From Candidatus Aminicenantes bacterium (GTDB lineage Bacteria > Acidobacteriota > Aminicenantia > Aminicenantales > Saccharicenantaceae): a stretch of DNA of 64,000 nucleotides. A program made the translations under genes and the position numbers. The notes beneath the pieces were generated by a model. That model had not been told where the DNA came from and ran no database searches. It saw nothing but the letters and a program-made list of their open reading frames with translations. Shown in pieces: positions 38,859 to 48,735 of the stretch (positions within the stretch are counted from its first letter, which is position 1; each line of letters begins with the position of its first letter). The stretch is taken from positions 160,807-224,806 of the forward strand of contig JAPKZD010000018.1 in the NCBI GenBank assembly GCA_026393975.1, read 5' to 3'.

Positions 38859-39394
38859 GCGACCTCCTCGAGTTTTCGATGCAAGTCCGGGATGGTCCCG
38901 TCGTTCAGGATAAGCCGGTCGGCCGCGGCCATACAGGCTTCGAGCTGCTGGGCCGTCGCTCCTCCCGTCCGCTCCTGCTCTTCTTTTTTCCGGAAGGACT
39001 CGAGGTCGGCGGCCGACTCGTCCCGGCCCCGGGCCGCAACCCGGGCGAACCTCGTCGCGACGGGGGCGTCGACGGCCAGCAGGACGAAGCCTTCCTGCCG
39101 GCGGAGGAAAGCGACCTCGTGCGTGTTGCGGATGCTGTCGATGACGGCCGGCCTGCCGACCTTGGCCATGGTCCGTCTGGCCAGGACGTCGGGCCCGAAG
39201 CGCTCCCGGAGCTCGTTGCCGGTCCGGATCAGGTTGTCCCTGGTGACCGCCTCGCCCCGGATCCCGAGCTCCTCTCTAAGGATATCGGAGAGCGAGAAGT
39301 AAGCGTAGCCCCTGGCCGTGAAGAACGCCGCGGCCTCGCCCTTGCCGGCCCCGTTGGTCCCGGTCAGTCCGATGAGCCGAGGCTGAGTTTTCAT
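38855..39394 (-). CDS. P-loop nucleoside/nucleotide kinase-like protein (dephospho-CoA kinase / dNMP kinase fold).
   Basis: Internal start MKTQPRLIGLTGTNGAGKGE (Walker A). About 180 aa. Start overlaps the upstream stop (ATGA). Confidence 0.55.
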   Translation of the reverse strand: MKTQPRLIGLTGTNGAGKGEAAAFFTARGYAYFSLSDILREELGIRGEAVTRDNLIRTGNELRERFGPDVLARRTMAKVGRPAVIDSIRNTHEVAFLRRQEGFVLLAVDAPVATRFARVAARGRDESAADLESFRKKEEQERTGGATAQQLEACMAAADRLILNDGTIPDLHRKLEEVA

Positions 39395-41043
39395 TTTTTC
39401 AGAAGCCGCGGCAGGGCCCGGACATAGTTTCCGAGCGGAGCGGTCGCCTTGATCCGCCGCCACTCCTTCCGCAGTCCAAGGCCGGCCTTGGCCCTGGCGC
39501 TGAGGCCCCGGCCGTGGAAGATCGTGATCGCTTTTTCCATCAGGCCTTCTAAGCTCCGGTCGTAAGGGAACCACCAGGTCTGCGATTTCTTCCGGAAAAA
39601 GTCCGTGCCGACGTACTTGATATTGACGAGTTCGTGGAGGCCGAACGGACCGTGCGACCGGCCCATGCCGGTCTGCTTGATGCCGCCCCAGATCGCCCGG
39701 GGCTCGACGAACGAATACATGTGGTCGTTGACGGTGACGGACCCCGCTTCGAGGCGCTCGGCGAACCACGCGGCTTGCTTCCGGTCGCGCGTCCAGACCG
39801 AAGCGGTCAGCCCGTAGACGCTGTCGTTGGCCAGGTCCACGGCCTCGTCCGGGTGGTCGAAGACCATGATGGGCAGCGTCGGGCCGAAGGTCTCCTCGGT
39901 CATGACGCGCATCGTATGATCGACGCGGGTGAGGACCGTGGGCTCGATGAAATGGCCGGGGAGGCCGGCGACCCTTTTCCCTCCGATCGGGATCAGGGCC
40001 CCTTTTCCGCGGGCGTCGGCGATGTGCTCCTCGACGACTTTGAGCTGGCCGGCCGTGGTCATCGGTCCCATGTCGACGCCGGAGTCGAGGGGGTTTCCGA
40101 CCTTGACCTGGCCGGCGAGCTCGACCACCCGCGCGATGAACGGCTCGGCGACCTCGCGGGCGACGTAGGCCCGCTCGATCGAGCCGCAGCTCTGGCCGCA
40201 GTTCATGAAAGCCGTCCAGACGGCGCCGCGGGCGGCCCGCTCGAGGTCGGCGTCCTTCAGGACGATCATCGGGTCCTTGCCGCCGAGCTCGAGGGTCAGG
40301 TTGGTCAGGTTCCGGCTGCAGAGTTCCATGACGCGCTTACCGGTGCCGACGCTGCCCGTGAACATGACGGTCTGGATGTCCCGGTCGACGATCATGGCCT
40401 CGGCCTGCGGGACGCGGCAGGGGACGACGTTGAGGACGCCGGGCGGGAGGCCGGCTTCGACGAAGACCTCGCCGATAAGGAGCGCTGTGAGCGGCGTCGT
40501 CGTCGACGGGCGGAGGACGACGGTGTTGCCGGCCGTGAGGGAGCTGAGGATGTCGCAGAAGGGGATGAGGAAGGGGAAGTTCCAGGGCGAGATGATGAGC
40601 GTTGGGCCGAGGGGATGGAAATGGAACGCGCCCGACTTATTAAAGAAAAGGGGAGTATGGTGACCGGTTCGACGGGGACGGAGGAGGCGTCCCTGGTTAT
40701 GACCGTAGTAGTTGAGGGATTGGAGGGCGCCGAAGACCTCGACGGCGAGGGCTTCGGGGTAGGGCGACCCCTTTTCCATGGCGATGAGGCGCCCGGCTTC
40801 GCTCGCCCGCCGGGCCAGGATGTTCTCGGCCCGCTTAAAGATGGCCCTTTTTTCCCGGGGGTGGAGCCAGCGCCACACGGGGAAGGCCTCCTTGGCCGCC
40901 CGGATGGCCTGTTCGCAGAGAGCCCCGGACGCCAGGCTGACCTCGCCCACGGCCTTCAGGGTGGCCGGGTTCTCGGAAACGAGTTTCTCGGACGTTTCGA
41001 TCCGGTCGTTGCGGATGATGAGGCGTCCGTCCATGGGCGTCAC
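39391..41043 (-). CDS. NAD(P)-dependent aldehyde dehydrogenase family protein.
   Basis: ALDH motifs LELGGKDP (Glu active site region), FMNCGQSCGSIER (catalytic Cys), EETFGP. Confidence 0.85.
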   Translation of the reverse strand: MTPMDGRLIIRNDRIETSEKLVSENPATLKAVGEVSLASGALCEQAIRAAKEAFPVWRWLHPREKRAIFKRAENILARRASEAGRLIAMEKGSPYPEALAVEVFGALQSLNYYGHNQGRLLRPRRTGHHTPLFFNKSGAFHFHPLGPTLIISPWNFPFLIPFCDILSSLTAGNTVVLRPSTTTPLTALLIGEVFVEAGLPPGVLNVVPCRVPQAEAMIVDRDIQTVMFTGSVGTGKRVMELCSRNLTNLTLELGGKDPMIVLKDADLERAARGAVWTAFMNCGQSCGSIERAYVAREVAEPFIARVVELAGQVKVGNPLDSGVDMGPMTTAGQLKVVEEHIADARGKGALIPIGGKRVAGLPGHFIEPTVLTRVDHTMRVMTEETFGPTLPIMVFDHPDEAVDLANDSVYGLTASVWTRDRKQAAWFAERLEAGSVTVNDHMYSFVEPRAIWGGIKQTGMGRSHGPFGLHELVNIKYVGTDFFRKKSQTWWFPYDRSLEGLMEKAITIFHGRGLSARAKAGLGLRKEWRRIKATAPLGNYVRALPRLLKK

Positions 41044-41780
41044 CCCGCCTGATCCGTCCCCGTCCGGCGGGCCTTCTCTTTTCCCCGGCCGACGACCAGG
41101 GCGATGAGGATGCTGATGCCGTACAGGACGATCATGGGAACGGCCACGATGCTCTGGGTGATCGCGTCCGGGGTGGGCGTGATCACGGCGGCGATGACGA
41201 AGATGAGGAGAACGGCGTACTTGAAGTTTCTGACCATCCAGCGGGCCGTGATGAGCCCCATCTTGGACAGGAAGAAGACAAGCGTGGGCAGCTCGAAGAC
41301 GAGGGCGATGCCGAGCAGGATTTTTAGGGCGAAGCCGAAATACTGGTCGACGGTGATGACGGGCTGGAAGTCGCGCCCGAGCGTCAGGAAGAAGCGGCAG
41401 GCCCAGGGGAAGACGATGAAGTATCCGAAGAGCGCGCCCAGGGAGAAGAAAAACGTCGTCATCAGGACGAAGGGAACGGCGTACTTTTTCTCTTTCAGAT
41501 AGAGGCCGGGGGCGACGAAATACCAGAGTTGGAGGAAGACGAAGGGCGACATGAAGAAGAGGGAGGCCAGAAAGGCCACCTTCATGTAGAGCATGAAGGG
41601 CGCGGTCAGGGTGGTGAAGGCGAGCTTGGTGCCCGCGGGCAGGTATTGGGTTACGGGCCGGGCCAGGATGGCGTAGAGCTCCTTGGAGAAGATCCAGCCG
41701 GGGACGAAGCCGATGAAGAGGGCGACGAAGGAGTAGAAGAGCCGCTTCCGGAGATCCTCCAGATGCTCGAGGAAGGTCAT
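41040..41780 (-). CDS. tatC: Twin-arginine translocase subunit TatC.
   Basis: Start MTFLEHLEDLRKRL at 41780. Six-TM TatC pattern. The N-terminal 119 aa of the listed ORF is a low-complexity artefact. Confidence 0.85.
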   Translation of the reverse strand: MTFLEHLEDLRKRLFYSFVALFIGFVPGWIFSKELYAILARPVTQYLPAGTKLAFTTLTAPFMLYMKVAFLASLFFMSPFVFLQLWYFVAPGLYLKEKKYAVPFVLMTTFFFSLGALFGYFIVFPWACRFFLTLGRDFQPVITVDQYFGFALKILLGIALVFELPTLVFFLSKMGLITARWMVRNFKYAVLLIFVIAAVITPTPDAITQSIVAVPMIVLYGISILIALVVGRGKEKARRTGTDQAG

Positions 41781-41784
41781 TTCG

Positions 41785-42090
41785 TCAGGTGACTTTCGGC
41801 CCTTCCCCAGTCTCATGTGTCTCGATGTCCTTCTTGATGTCGTCCTGGAAGCTCTTGACCCCCGATTGGAGGCCGTCCATGCCCGACCGGATGTCCTTGC
41901 GGATGTCCTTGATCTCCGAGGCCTCGATCTCCTCCTCGATCCGGCCCTTGATCTCGTCGGACGCCTTCTTGAATTCCCGGAGGGCCTTGCCGACCGACCG
42001 GCCGATCTCGGGGAGCTTCTTAGGGCCGAAAACGAGCAGGGCGATGACGAAGATGAGGATGAGTTCCGCCGGCCCGATGCTCCCGAACAT
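41785..42090 (-). CDS. tatA: Sec-independent translocase protein TatA/TatB.
   Basis: MFGSIGPAELILIFVIALLVFGPKKLPEIGRSVGKALREFKKA, the canonical TatA/E N-terminus. Confidence 0.85.
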   Translation of the reverse strand: MFGSIGPAELILIFVIALLVFGPKKLPEIGRSVGKALREFKKASDEIKGRIEEEIEASEIKDIRKDIRSGMDGLQSGVKSFQDDIKKDIETHETGEGPKVT

Positions 42091-42204
42091 GTGCGTCTCG
42101 CGGCGGTATTATAGCACGAGGCCCCCCTGAGCGCCAAAGCGAATCGGCGGCGGGCCGCCGTCTGCCTTTACAACGGGGGCCGCCGATGATAAAATTGTCA
42201 GCAC

Positions 42205-43756
42205 GTGAAGCCCATGAAAAAGCGCCTCATCCCCTTCGTCCTGCTTGGGCTCGTCCTCGTCCGGATGCCGTCGCATGACCAGGACCTCTGGACCGCCTCT
42301 TTGGACAAGGCCCGTGCCATCGCCGGCATCCTCGAAGATAGCTATTACAAGCCGCTCGAGGAGGAGGCCCTGGCCGTCGCCTCGATCAAGGGGACCCTGG
42401 ACACGCTCGACCCCCACTCCTATTTCCTGGACCCCGCGAGCTTTTCGCGCATGCGCGAGGACTACTCGGGCAAGTACTTCGGCGTGGGCATGCAGATCCA
42501 GAAACAGGGCGACAACATCGTCGTTATCGCGCCGATCGAAGGCGGGCCGGCGTGGCGCCTGGGCATTCTTCCGGGGGACGTCGTCTCCCACATCAACGGG
42601 GAATCGACGGTGCCCATCTCGAGCTACGACGCCATGCAGAAGCTCCGCGGCGAGAAGGGGACCAAGGTCACCATCACCTTCGTCCGCGACGGTACCGACA
42701 AGCCCTTCGAACTGACCATCGCCCGCGAGGAGATCCCGCTCCTGAGCGTCCCGTACGCCTTTCTCCTCGACGGCGGGGTGGGCTACCTCTATATCCGAGC
42801 TCGAAGACGGGCTGGCCAAGCTCACCGCCCAGGGGATGAAAAGCCTCATCCTCGATCTCCGCTTGAACTCGGGCGGCACCCTCGTCCAGTCCATCGAGGT
42901 CTCCGACCTCTTCCTGCCCAAGGGCGCGCTCATCGTCTCCATGAAGGGACGGAACCCGGCCTACGACCGGGAATTCCCGGCCTTCCTGGACAACCAGTAC
43001 GAGAAGCTGCCGCTCGTCATTCTCATCGACCAGGGCACGGCCAGCGCCTCCGAGATCGTCAGCGGGGCGGTCATGGACCACGACCGGGGGATCATCGTCG
43101 GCGAGGATTCCTGGGGGAAGGGCCTCGTCCAGACGGTCTTCCCGCTGGCCCCGAACATGGCTGTGGCCCTGACCGTGGCCAAGTACATGACGCCGAGCGG
43201 ACGGTCCATCCAGCGGGATTACAGCCATCTCGAGGATTACCTCATGAGCAAGCGCGCCCCCGAGGACAGCCGCGAGGTCCGCTACACCGACCGCGGCCGC
43301 AAGGTCCTCGGCCAGGGCGGGATCACGCCCGACTACGCCGTCAACTCCCTGCTCAAGCCGTTCACCGGGCGGCTCCGCATGAGCGGGGCGTTTTTCTCCT
43401 ACGCCCGGAGGCTCGTCCAGCACCAGACCGACCTCGGCCGGAAGTTCGTCTTTCCGCAGGACCCGAAGGACGCCGGGGCCGCCGCGTCCGGGAAGATCCA
43501 GGTCGGAACGACGTTCATCGTGAACGCCGACGTCATCGCCGATTTCCGCAAGTTCCTCGGGACGCGCAAGGTCGAATACGACGAGAAGACGTTCCTGGAG
43601 GCCGAGGCCGAGATCCGCCGGGAGCTCGAACGCGAGATCGCCGGGGCCATTTGGGGCGTCGAAGCCGGGGTCCGGGCCGCGCGCGTGAACGACCCCGTCG
43701 TCATGAAGGCCATCCAGGTCATGCCCGAGGCGGCCAGGCTCCTCGAACAGAAATGA
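42205..43756 (+). pseudogene. S41-family C-terminal processing peptidase (Prc/CtpA-like, PDZ-containing), interrupted by a frameshift near 42795.
   Basis: N-terminal part in frame 1 ends ...GVGYLYI. Continuation ELEDGLAKLTAQGMKSLILDLRLNSGG...GTASASEI (catalytic Ser/Lys) is in another frame (ORF 42836..43756). Consistent with a 1-nt indel: sequencing error or pseudogene. Confidence 0.7.
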
Positions 43757-44202
43757 AGATCGCTATTGCCTCGGACCATGCCGGGTTCGAGCTTAAAACG
43801 GGAATCGCCGATTATCTCCGCGGCCGCGGCTTCGCCTTCGAGGATTTCGGCTGCGGGCCGGGGGAATCCGTGGACTACGTCGATTACGGGGCCAAGGGCG
43901 CCCGGGCCGTCGTCTCCGGCGCCTGCGACCGGGCCATTCTCGTCTGCGGCACCGGCCTCGGCATGGCCATCGTGGCCAACAAGTTCAAGGGTCTCCGGGC
44001 GACGCCCTGCTCGAGCGAATACGCGGCCGAGATGAGCCGCAAGCACAACGATTCGAACTGCCTCACCCTGGGCGGTCGGACGCACAGCCTGGCACTGGCC
44101 CTGAGCCTCGTCAAGGTCTGGCTCGAAACGGAGTTCGAGGGCGGCCGCCACGCCCGGAGGGTCCAGAAGATCCGCGACCTCGAAGACGAAAATTTTAAGT
44201 GA
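43753..44202 (+). CDS. rpiB: Ribose-5-phosphate isomerase B (RpiB/LacAB family).
   Basis: MKIAIASDHAGFELK...ILVCGTGLGMAIVANK. Confidence 0.85.
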   Translation: MKIAIASDHAGFELKTGIADYLRGRGFAFEDFGCGPGESVDYVDYGAKGARAVVSGACDRAILVCGTGLGMAIVANKFKGLRATPCSSEYAAEMSRKHNDSNCLTLGGRTHSLALALSLVKVWLETEFEGGRHARRVQKIRDLEDENFK

Positions 44203-44213
44203 GGAGCTGTTCC

Positions 44214-45656
44214 ATGCCCGCGTTTTACGAGAAGGTCCAGGCCTTGGCCACGAGAGCCGAGCGGAACAACGCCTGGCGCCAAAGAGAGTGTTTCAACCTC
44301 ATCCCGTCGGAATCGACGCCTTCTCTGCTCGTCAAGATGTGCGAAATCGCCGACCCGGCCGGGCGTTACGCCGAGCACCGGACGATGAAAGGGGAGGAGG
44401 TCTACTTCTACCAGGGCACGGATTTTATCCGTGACGTCGAGGTCGAGGCCCAGAGGGAGCTCGGGGCCTATTTCGGGTGCACCGACGTCGAGCTTCGCCC
44501 GGTCAGCGGCCAAATGGCCAACGAGATCGTCTTCAAGGGCGTCGTCAAGTACATCAACAGGGGCCGGGCCGCCGGGCAGCCCTCGCGCCGGATGCGCCTC
44601 GTCTTGAACAACGAGCTCATCTACGGCGGCCACCTCAGCTCCCAGCCCATGGGGGCCCTCTTCAACTACGTCGAGGAGGACCCGGAGACGGGCAAGGAAC
44701 GGGTGGTCAATTTCCCCGTCCTCAAGGGGAATCCTTATAAACCCGACCTCGAGAAGCTGGCCGGGCTCCTCGATTCGCACAAGCCCGAGCTCGTCGTCTT
44801 CGGCAAGAGCATGTTCCTCTACCGGGAGCCCGTCCGGTTCGTGGCCGACATCGTCAAGGACTGGAAGGACCGGCCCATCCTGATGTACGACATGGCCCAT
44901 GTCCTCGGCCTTTACGGGGCCTTCCAGGCCCCCTTCGACGAAGGCGCGGACCTCGTCACCGGCAGCACGCACAAGACCTTCTTCGGGACCCAGCGCGGCG
45001 TCGTGGCCGGGAACTTCCCCAAGGGCTCGCCCCTGCGGTCGCTCTGGCTCGAGATCAAGGGCCGCGCCTTCCCCGGCTCGACCAGCAACCACCACCTCGG
45101 GACGCTCCTCGGGCTGCTCCTGGCGGCCTACGAGATGAACGAGTTCAAGGAGGCCTTCCAGAACCAGGTCCGGGCGAACGCCCGGGCTTTCGCCAAAGCC
45201 CTCCACGCCCACGGCGTCCCGGTCGAGGGGGACCCCGCCGACGGCTACACGGAAACCCACCAGGTCATCGTTCGGGTCAAGGCGTTCGGCCCCGGCATGG
45301 AGATCGCCCGGCGCCTCGAGACGAACAACGTCCTGACGAACTACCAGGCCCTGCCCGACGATGCCACCTTCCTCGATTCGAGCGGCATCCGTCTCGGCGT
45401 CCAGGAGATGACCCGGTTCGGCATGAAGGAGAAAGACTTCGACGCCCTGGCCGGCCTAATGAGCGACATCATCGTCGGGAACAAGCCCGCCGCCGACGAA
45501 GTGGCCCGGTACCGGAAAAACTTCCTGACCATGGGCTTCTCGCTTCCGCCCGCCGAAGCCCTGCCGCTGGCGGCGCGGATCCTCACGAGTGTCATTCCGG
45601 ACCCCGGCTACGCGGCCCTCTTCGCCGAGAACCTCCGCCGGGCCGCCGGGGCTTGA
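44214..45656 (+). CDS. Serine hydroxymethyltransferase-family PLP enzyme (divergent GlyA-like).
   Basis: NLIPSES (compare IASEN), RYAEHRTMKGEEVYFYQGTDFI, and the PLP-Lys region VTGSTHKTFFGTQRG. Diverges from canonical bacterial GlyA. Confidence 0.65.
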   Translation: MPAFYEKVQALATRAERNNAWRQRECFNLIPSESTPSLLVKMCEIADPAGRYAEHRTMKGEEVYFYQGTDFIRDVEVEAQRELGAYFGCTDVELRPVSGQMANEIVFKGVVKYINRGRAAGQPSRRMRLVLNNELIYGGHLSSQPMGALFNYVEEDPETGKERVVNFPVLKGNPYKPDLEKLAGLLDSHKPELVVFGKSMFLYREPVRFVADIVKDWKDRPILMYDMAHVLGLYGAFQAPFDEGADLVTGSTHKTFFGTQRGVVAGNFPKGSPLRSLWLEIKGRAFPGSTSNHHLGTLLGLLLAAYEMNEFKEAFQNQVRANARAFAKALHAHGVPVEGDPADGYTETHQVIVRVKAFGPGMEIARRLETNNVLTNYQALPDDATFLDSSGIRLGVQEMTRFGMKEKDFDALAGLMSDIIVGNKPAADEVARYRKNFLTMGFSLPPAEALPLAARILTSVIPDPGYAALFAENLRRAAGA

Positions 45657-45694
45657 GGAGAAGATCGATCGTCCCGTGAACGGAGTGTGAGACG

Positions 45695-46975
45695 ATGAAG
45701 ATACTGATCGTCGGGTCCGGCGGCCGGGAACACGCCCTGGCCTGGAAAATCGCCCAGAGCCCGCAGGCGGACAAGGTTTATTGCGCGCCGGGGAACGGCG
45801 GGACGCGGCTCGTCGCCGAAAACGTCCCCCTGGCCGAGACGGCCATCGCCGGGCTGGCCGATTTCGCCGCTCGGGAAAATATCGAGCTGACCGTGGTCGG
45901 CCCCGAGATCCCCTTGACCATGGGCATCGTCGATGAGTTTGAGAAGCGCGGCTTGAAGATCTTCGGGCCCTCGAAGAAAGCGGCCGAGATCGAGGGTAGC
46001 AAGGTCTTCGCCAAGCAGTTCATGGACCGCCACCGCATCCCCACGGGCCGGTTCAAGGTCGCCGATGGCTTCGACCAGGCCAAGAAGATCCTGGCCTCCG
46101 GAGAGTTCGGTTTTCCCGTCGTCATCAAGGCCGACGGACTGGCGGCCGGCAAGGGCGTCGTAGTCTGCTCCTCGCAGAAAAAGGCCGAGGACACGGCCGG
46201 CGAGATGCTCGTCCAGAAGAAGTTCGGGCCGGCCGGCCGGCGTATCGTCATCGAGGAATTCCTCCGCGGCCGCGAGGTGTCTTTTATCGTCATTTCCGAC
46301 GGGATGAGGGTCCAGCCCCTGGTCTCGGCGATGGACCACAAGGCGGCCTACGACGGAGACAGGGGGCCGAACACGGGCGGCATGGGCGCCATATCGCCGT
46401 CGCCCTTCATGACCGAGAAGCTCTTCAACGAAGTGATGAACACCGTGATCACTCCAGCCGTCACCCGCCTGCTCGAGGAGGGCCGGAAGTTCAAGGGGGT
46501 CCTCTACGCGGGCCTGATGATCACCGAGCAGGGGCCCCGCGTCCTTGAGTTCAACGCCCGTTTCGGAGACCCGGAGACCCAGCCCCAGCTCATCCGTCTG
46601 GAGAGCGATCTGGTCGAGCTCCTGACGGCCGCGGTCGACGAGAACGTCCTGCGGGAGAACGTCCGCTGGTCCGCCAAACCCTCGGGATGCGTCGTCGTGG
46701 CCTCGGGCGGATATCCGGTCCGCTACGACAAGGGCAAGGCGATCTCCGGCCTGGCCGAGGCGGCCGAGATCCCCGGGGTGAACGTTTTCCACGCCGGAAC
46801 CAGGTACGAAAACGACACTTGCCTGACGACCGGCGGCCGCGTCCTCGGGATCTGCGCTTCGGAAGACAACCTCGCCGGGACCATGGCTAAAATCTACGAC
46901 GCCTGCGGCCGGATCCACTTCGAGGCCATGCACTACCGCCGCGACATCGGTGCGATACAGGAGGAGCGGACATGA
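45695..46975 (+). CDS. purD: Phosphoribosylamine--glycine ligase.
   Basis: MKILIVGSGGREHALAWK, ATP-grasp core, C-terminal domain. Confidence 0.9.
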   Translation: MKILIVGSGGREHALAWKIAQSPQADKVYCAPGNGGTRLVAENVPLAETAIAGLADFAARENIELTVVGPEIPLTMGIVDEFEKRGLKIFGPSKKAAEIEGSKVFAKQFMDRHRIPTGRFKVADGFDQAKKILASGEFGFPVVIKADGLAAGKGVVVCSSQKKAEDTAGEMLVQKKFGPAGRRIVIEEFLRGREVSFIVISDGMRVQPLVSAMDHKAAYDGDRGPNTGGMGAISPSPFMTEKLFNEVMNTVITPAVTRLLEEGRKFKGVLYAGLMITEQGPRVLEFNARFGDPETQPQLIRLESDLVELLTAAVDENVLRENVRWSAKPSGCVVVASGGYPVRYDKGKAISGLAEAAEIPGVNVFHAGTRYENDTCLTTGGRVLGICASEDNLAGTMAKIYDACGRIHFEAMHYRRDIGAIQEERT

Positions 46976-47463
46976 AAGTCATGGTTTTTCTCGGCAGCGA
47001 ATCGGACTTCGGCGCGGTCGAGGACGCGCTCGTCCTCCTCAAGGACTTCGGCGTGCCCTTCGGCCTCGAGGTGACCTCCGCCCACCGCTCGCCGGAGCGG
47101 ACCCTTCGCCTGGTTAAGTCGGCGGAGGCCGGGGGGGCCGAGATCTTCATCGCCGTGGCCGGCAAGGCCGCCCACCTGGCCGGCGTCGTCGCTTCCCAAA
47201 CGGTCAAGCCGGTGATCGGGGTTCCCGTCGAGAGCGAGACGCTGGCGGGACTCGACGCCCTCCTTTCGACCGTCCAGATGCCCAAGGGCATCCCCGTTGC
47301 GACCATGGCCCTGGGCCGGCACGGCGGCTCGAACGCGGCCCTGCTCGCGGTCGAGATCCTGGCCCTCAACGACGAGGCGCTCCGGACGAAGCTCGTCACT
47401 TACCGGGCGAAGATGGCGGACAAGGTCGAGGCGGCCTCGCTCAAGATCAAAGAAAAGCTGTGA
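46972..47463 (+). CDS. purE: 5-(carboxyamino)imidazole ribonucleotide mutase.
   Basis: PurE fold motifs IAVAGKAAHLAGVVA and GVPV. Overlaps the purD stop. Confidence 0.85.
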   Translation: MKVMVFLGSESDFGAVEDALVLLKDFGVPFGLEVTSAHRSPERTLRLVKSAEAGGAEIFIAVAGKAAHLAGVVASQTVKPVIGVPVESETLAGLDALLSTVQMPKGIPVATMALGRHGGSNAALLAVEILALNDEALRTKLVTYRAKMADKVEAASLKIKEKL

Positions 47464-47472
47464 CCCCCGGCG

Positions 47473-48735
47473 ATGCCCTCTTTTTCCGTCCGGAACTTCG
47501 GCTGCCGCGTCAACCGGGCCGAGGCCTTCGCCTGGGCTGAGGCCTTCCGGGAGAGGGGCCTCCGGCTCGAAGAGAATGAGGGCGGGAGCGACGTCGTCCT
47601 GGTCAACTCCTGCACCCTGACCGGCCGGGCCGACCGGGACGTCCGCAAGTTCATCCGGAAAACCGCCCGCGATAACCCCGGGACGAGGATCGTCGTCACG
47701 GGGTGCTACGCCGAGCGGGCGCCCGAGGAGATCGCCGGGATGCCGAACGTCGTCGCCGTCCTCCCGAACAGCGCCAAGGCCCGTCTTCCGGAGCGGGTGA
47801 TGGAGATCGTCGGGGGAGAAGGGGCGAGGATGGGGGCGGCGCAGGAGGCGGAGGTCCCGTTCCGGGCGCGGGCCTTCCTGAAGGTCCAGGACGGCTGCGA
47901 CAACCGTTGCGCGTTCTGCGTCATCCCGAGCGTCCGGGGAAAGAGCGTGAGCGTCGGCCCGGACGAGGTCAAGGCCCGCGTCCGAAAACTCGCCGGCCGC
48001 GGCTTCCGGGAGATCGTGCTGGCCGGTATCCATCTCTCGTCCTACGGGCAGGACCTCGAGCCGCCGGGCACGCTCCTCGGCCTTCTCCGGGAGCTCGAAG
48101 GGATCCCCGAGCTCGGGCGGGTCCGGTTGAGCTCCCTCGACCCGGGGAAGACGGACGGTGCGCTCGTCGAGCACATCGCGGCGAACCCGAAGATCTGTCA
48201 GCACTTCCATCTTTCGCTCCAGCACGCCTCGGCCCGCCTCCTGCGGCTGATGGGCCGCGCCGTGGAGCCGGGAACCTGCGAACGGATATTGGGGGAGTTG
48301 AGGACGAGGTCGCCGGAAGCGGCCCTCGGAGCGGATATCATCGTCGGCTTCCCCGGCGAGACCGCAACGGAGTTCGGTGAGCTGCGGAGTTTCCTGGCCG
48401 GTTCTCCGCTGACATATTTCCACGTCTTTTCGTATTCGCCGCGGCCGGGCACGCCCGCCGCGGGACGGCCCGGTGTCCCGGCGATCGTCGTCAGAGACCG
48501 GGCGATGGAACTCAGGCGGCTCGCGGCGGAGAAGGACTTTCGCTTCCGCAGGCAGTTCGAGGGGCGGGAGCTCGAGGCCGCGGTCATCCACGCGTCGGAG
48601 AAGGGCGCCGAGCTCTTGACGGGAAATGCCATCCGGGTCTTCGTCCCCTCGTGCCGGGCTCCGAAATGCGAGCTCGTCCGGATTGCGATCGGCCGCGTCC
48701 TGCCGCGACGGACGGAAGGCGAGGTCGTCGAGTGA
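47473..48735 (+). CDS. mtaB: MiaB-like tRNA methylthiotransferase (MtaB-type, radical SAM).
   Basis: MTTase N-domain Cys (GCRVN, NSCTLT, TGCY), radical SAM CDNRCAFC, TRAM-like C-terminus. Confidence 0.75.
   Translation: MPSFSVRNFGCRVNRAEAFAWAEAFRERGLRLEENEGGSDVVLVNSCTLTGRADRDVRKFIRKTARDNPGTRIVVTGCYAERAPEEIAGMPNVVAVLPNSAKARLPERVMEIVGGEGARMGAAQEAEVPFRARAFLKVQDGCDNRCAFCVIPSVRGKSVSVGPDEVKARVRKLAGRGFREIVLAGIHLSSYGQDLEPPGTLLGLLRELEGIPELGRVRLSSLDPGKTDGALVEHIAANPKICQHFHLSLQHASARLLRLMGRAVEPGTCERILGELRTRSPEAALGADIIVGFPGETATEFGELRSFLAGSPLTYFHVFSYSPRPGTPAAGRPGVPAIVVRDRAMELRRLAAEKDFRFRRQFEGRELEAAVIHASEKGAELLTGNAIRVFVPSCRAPKCELVRIAIGRVLPRRTEGEVVE

Noticed and set aside
41040-42137. Long N-terminal extension (Ser/Arg-rich, 119 aa) on TatC as listed in the ORF track.
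   Set aside because: It is low-complexity, lacks an RBS, and the conserved TatC N-terminus begins at the internal Met (MTFLEHLEDLRK) at 41780, immediately after the tatA stop.
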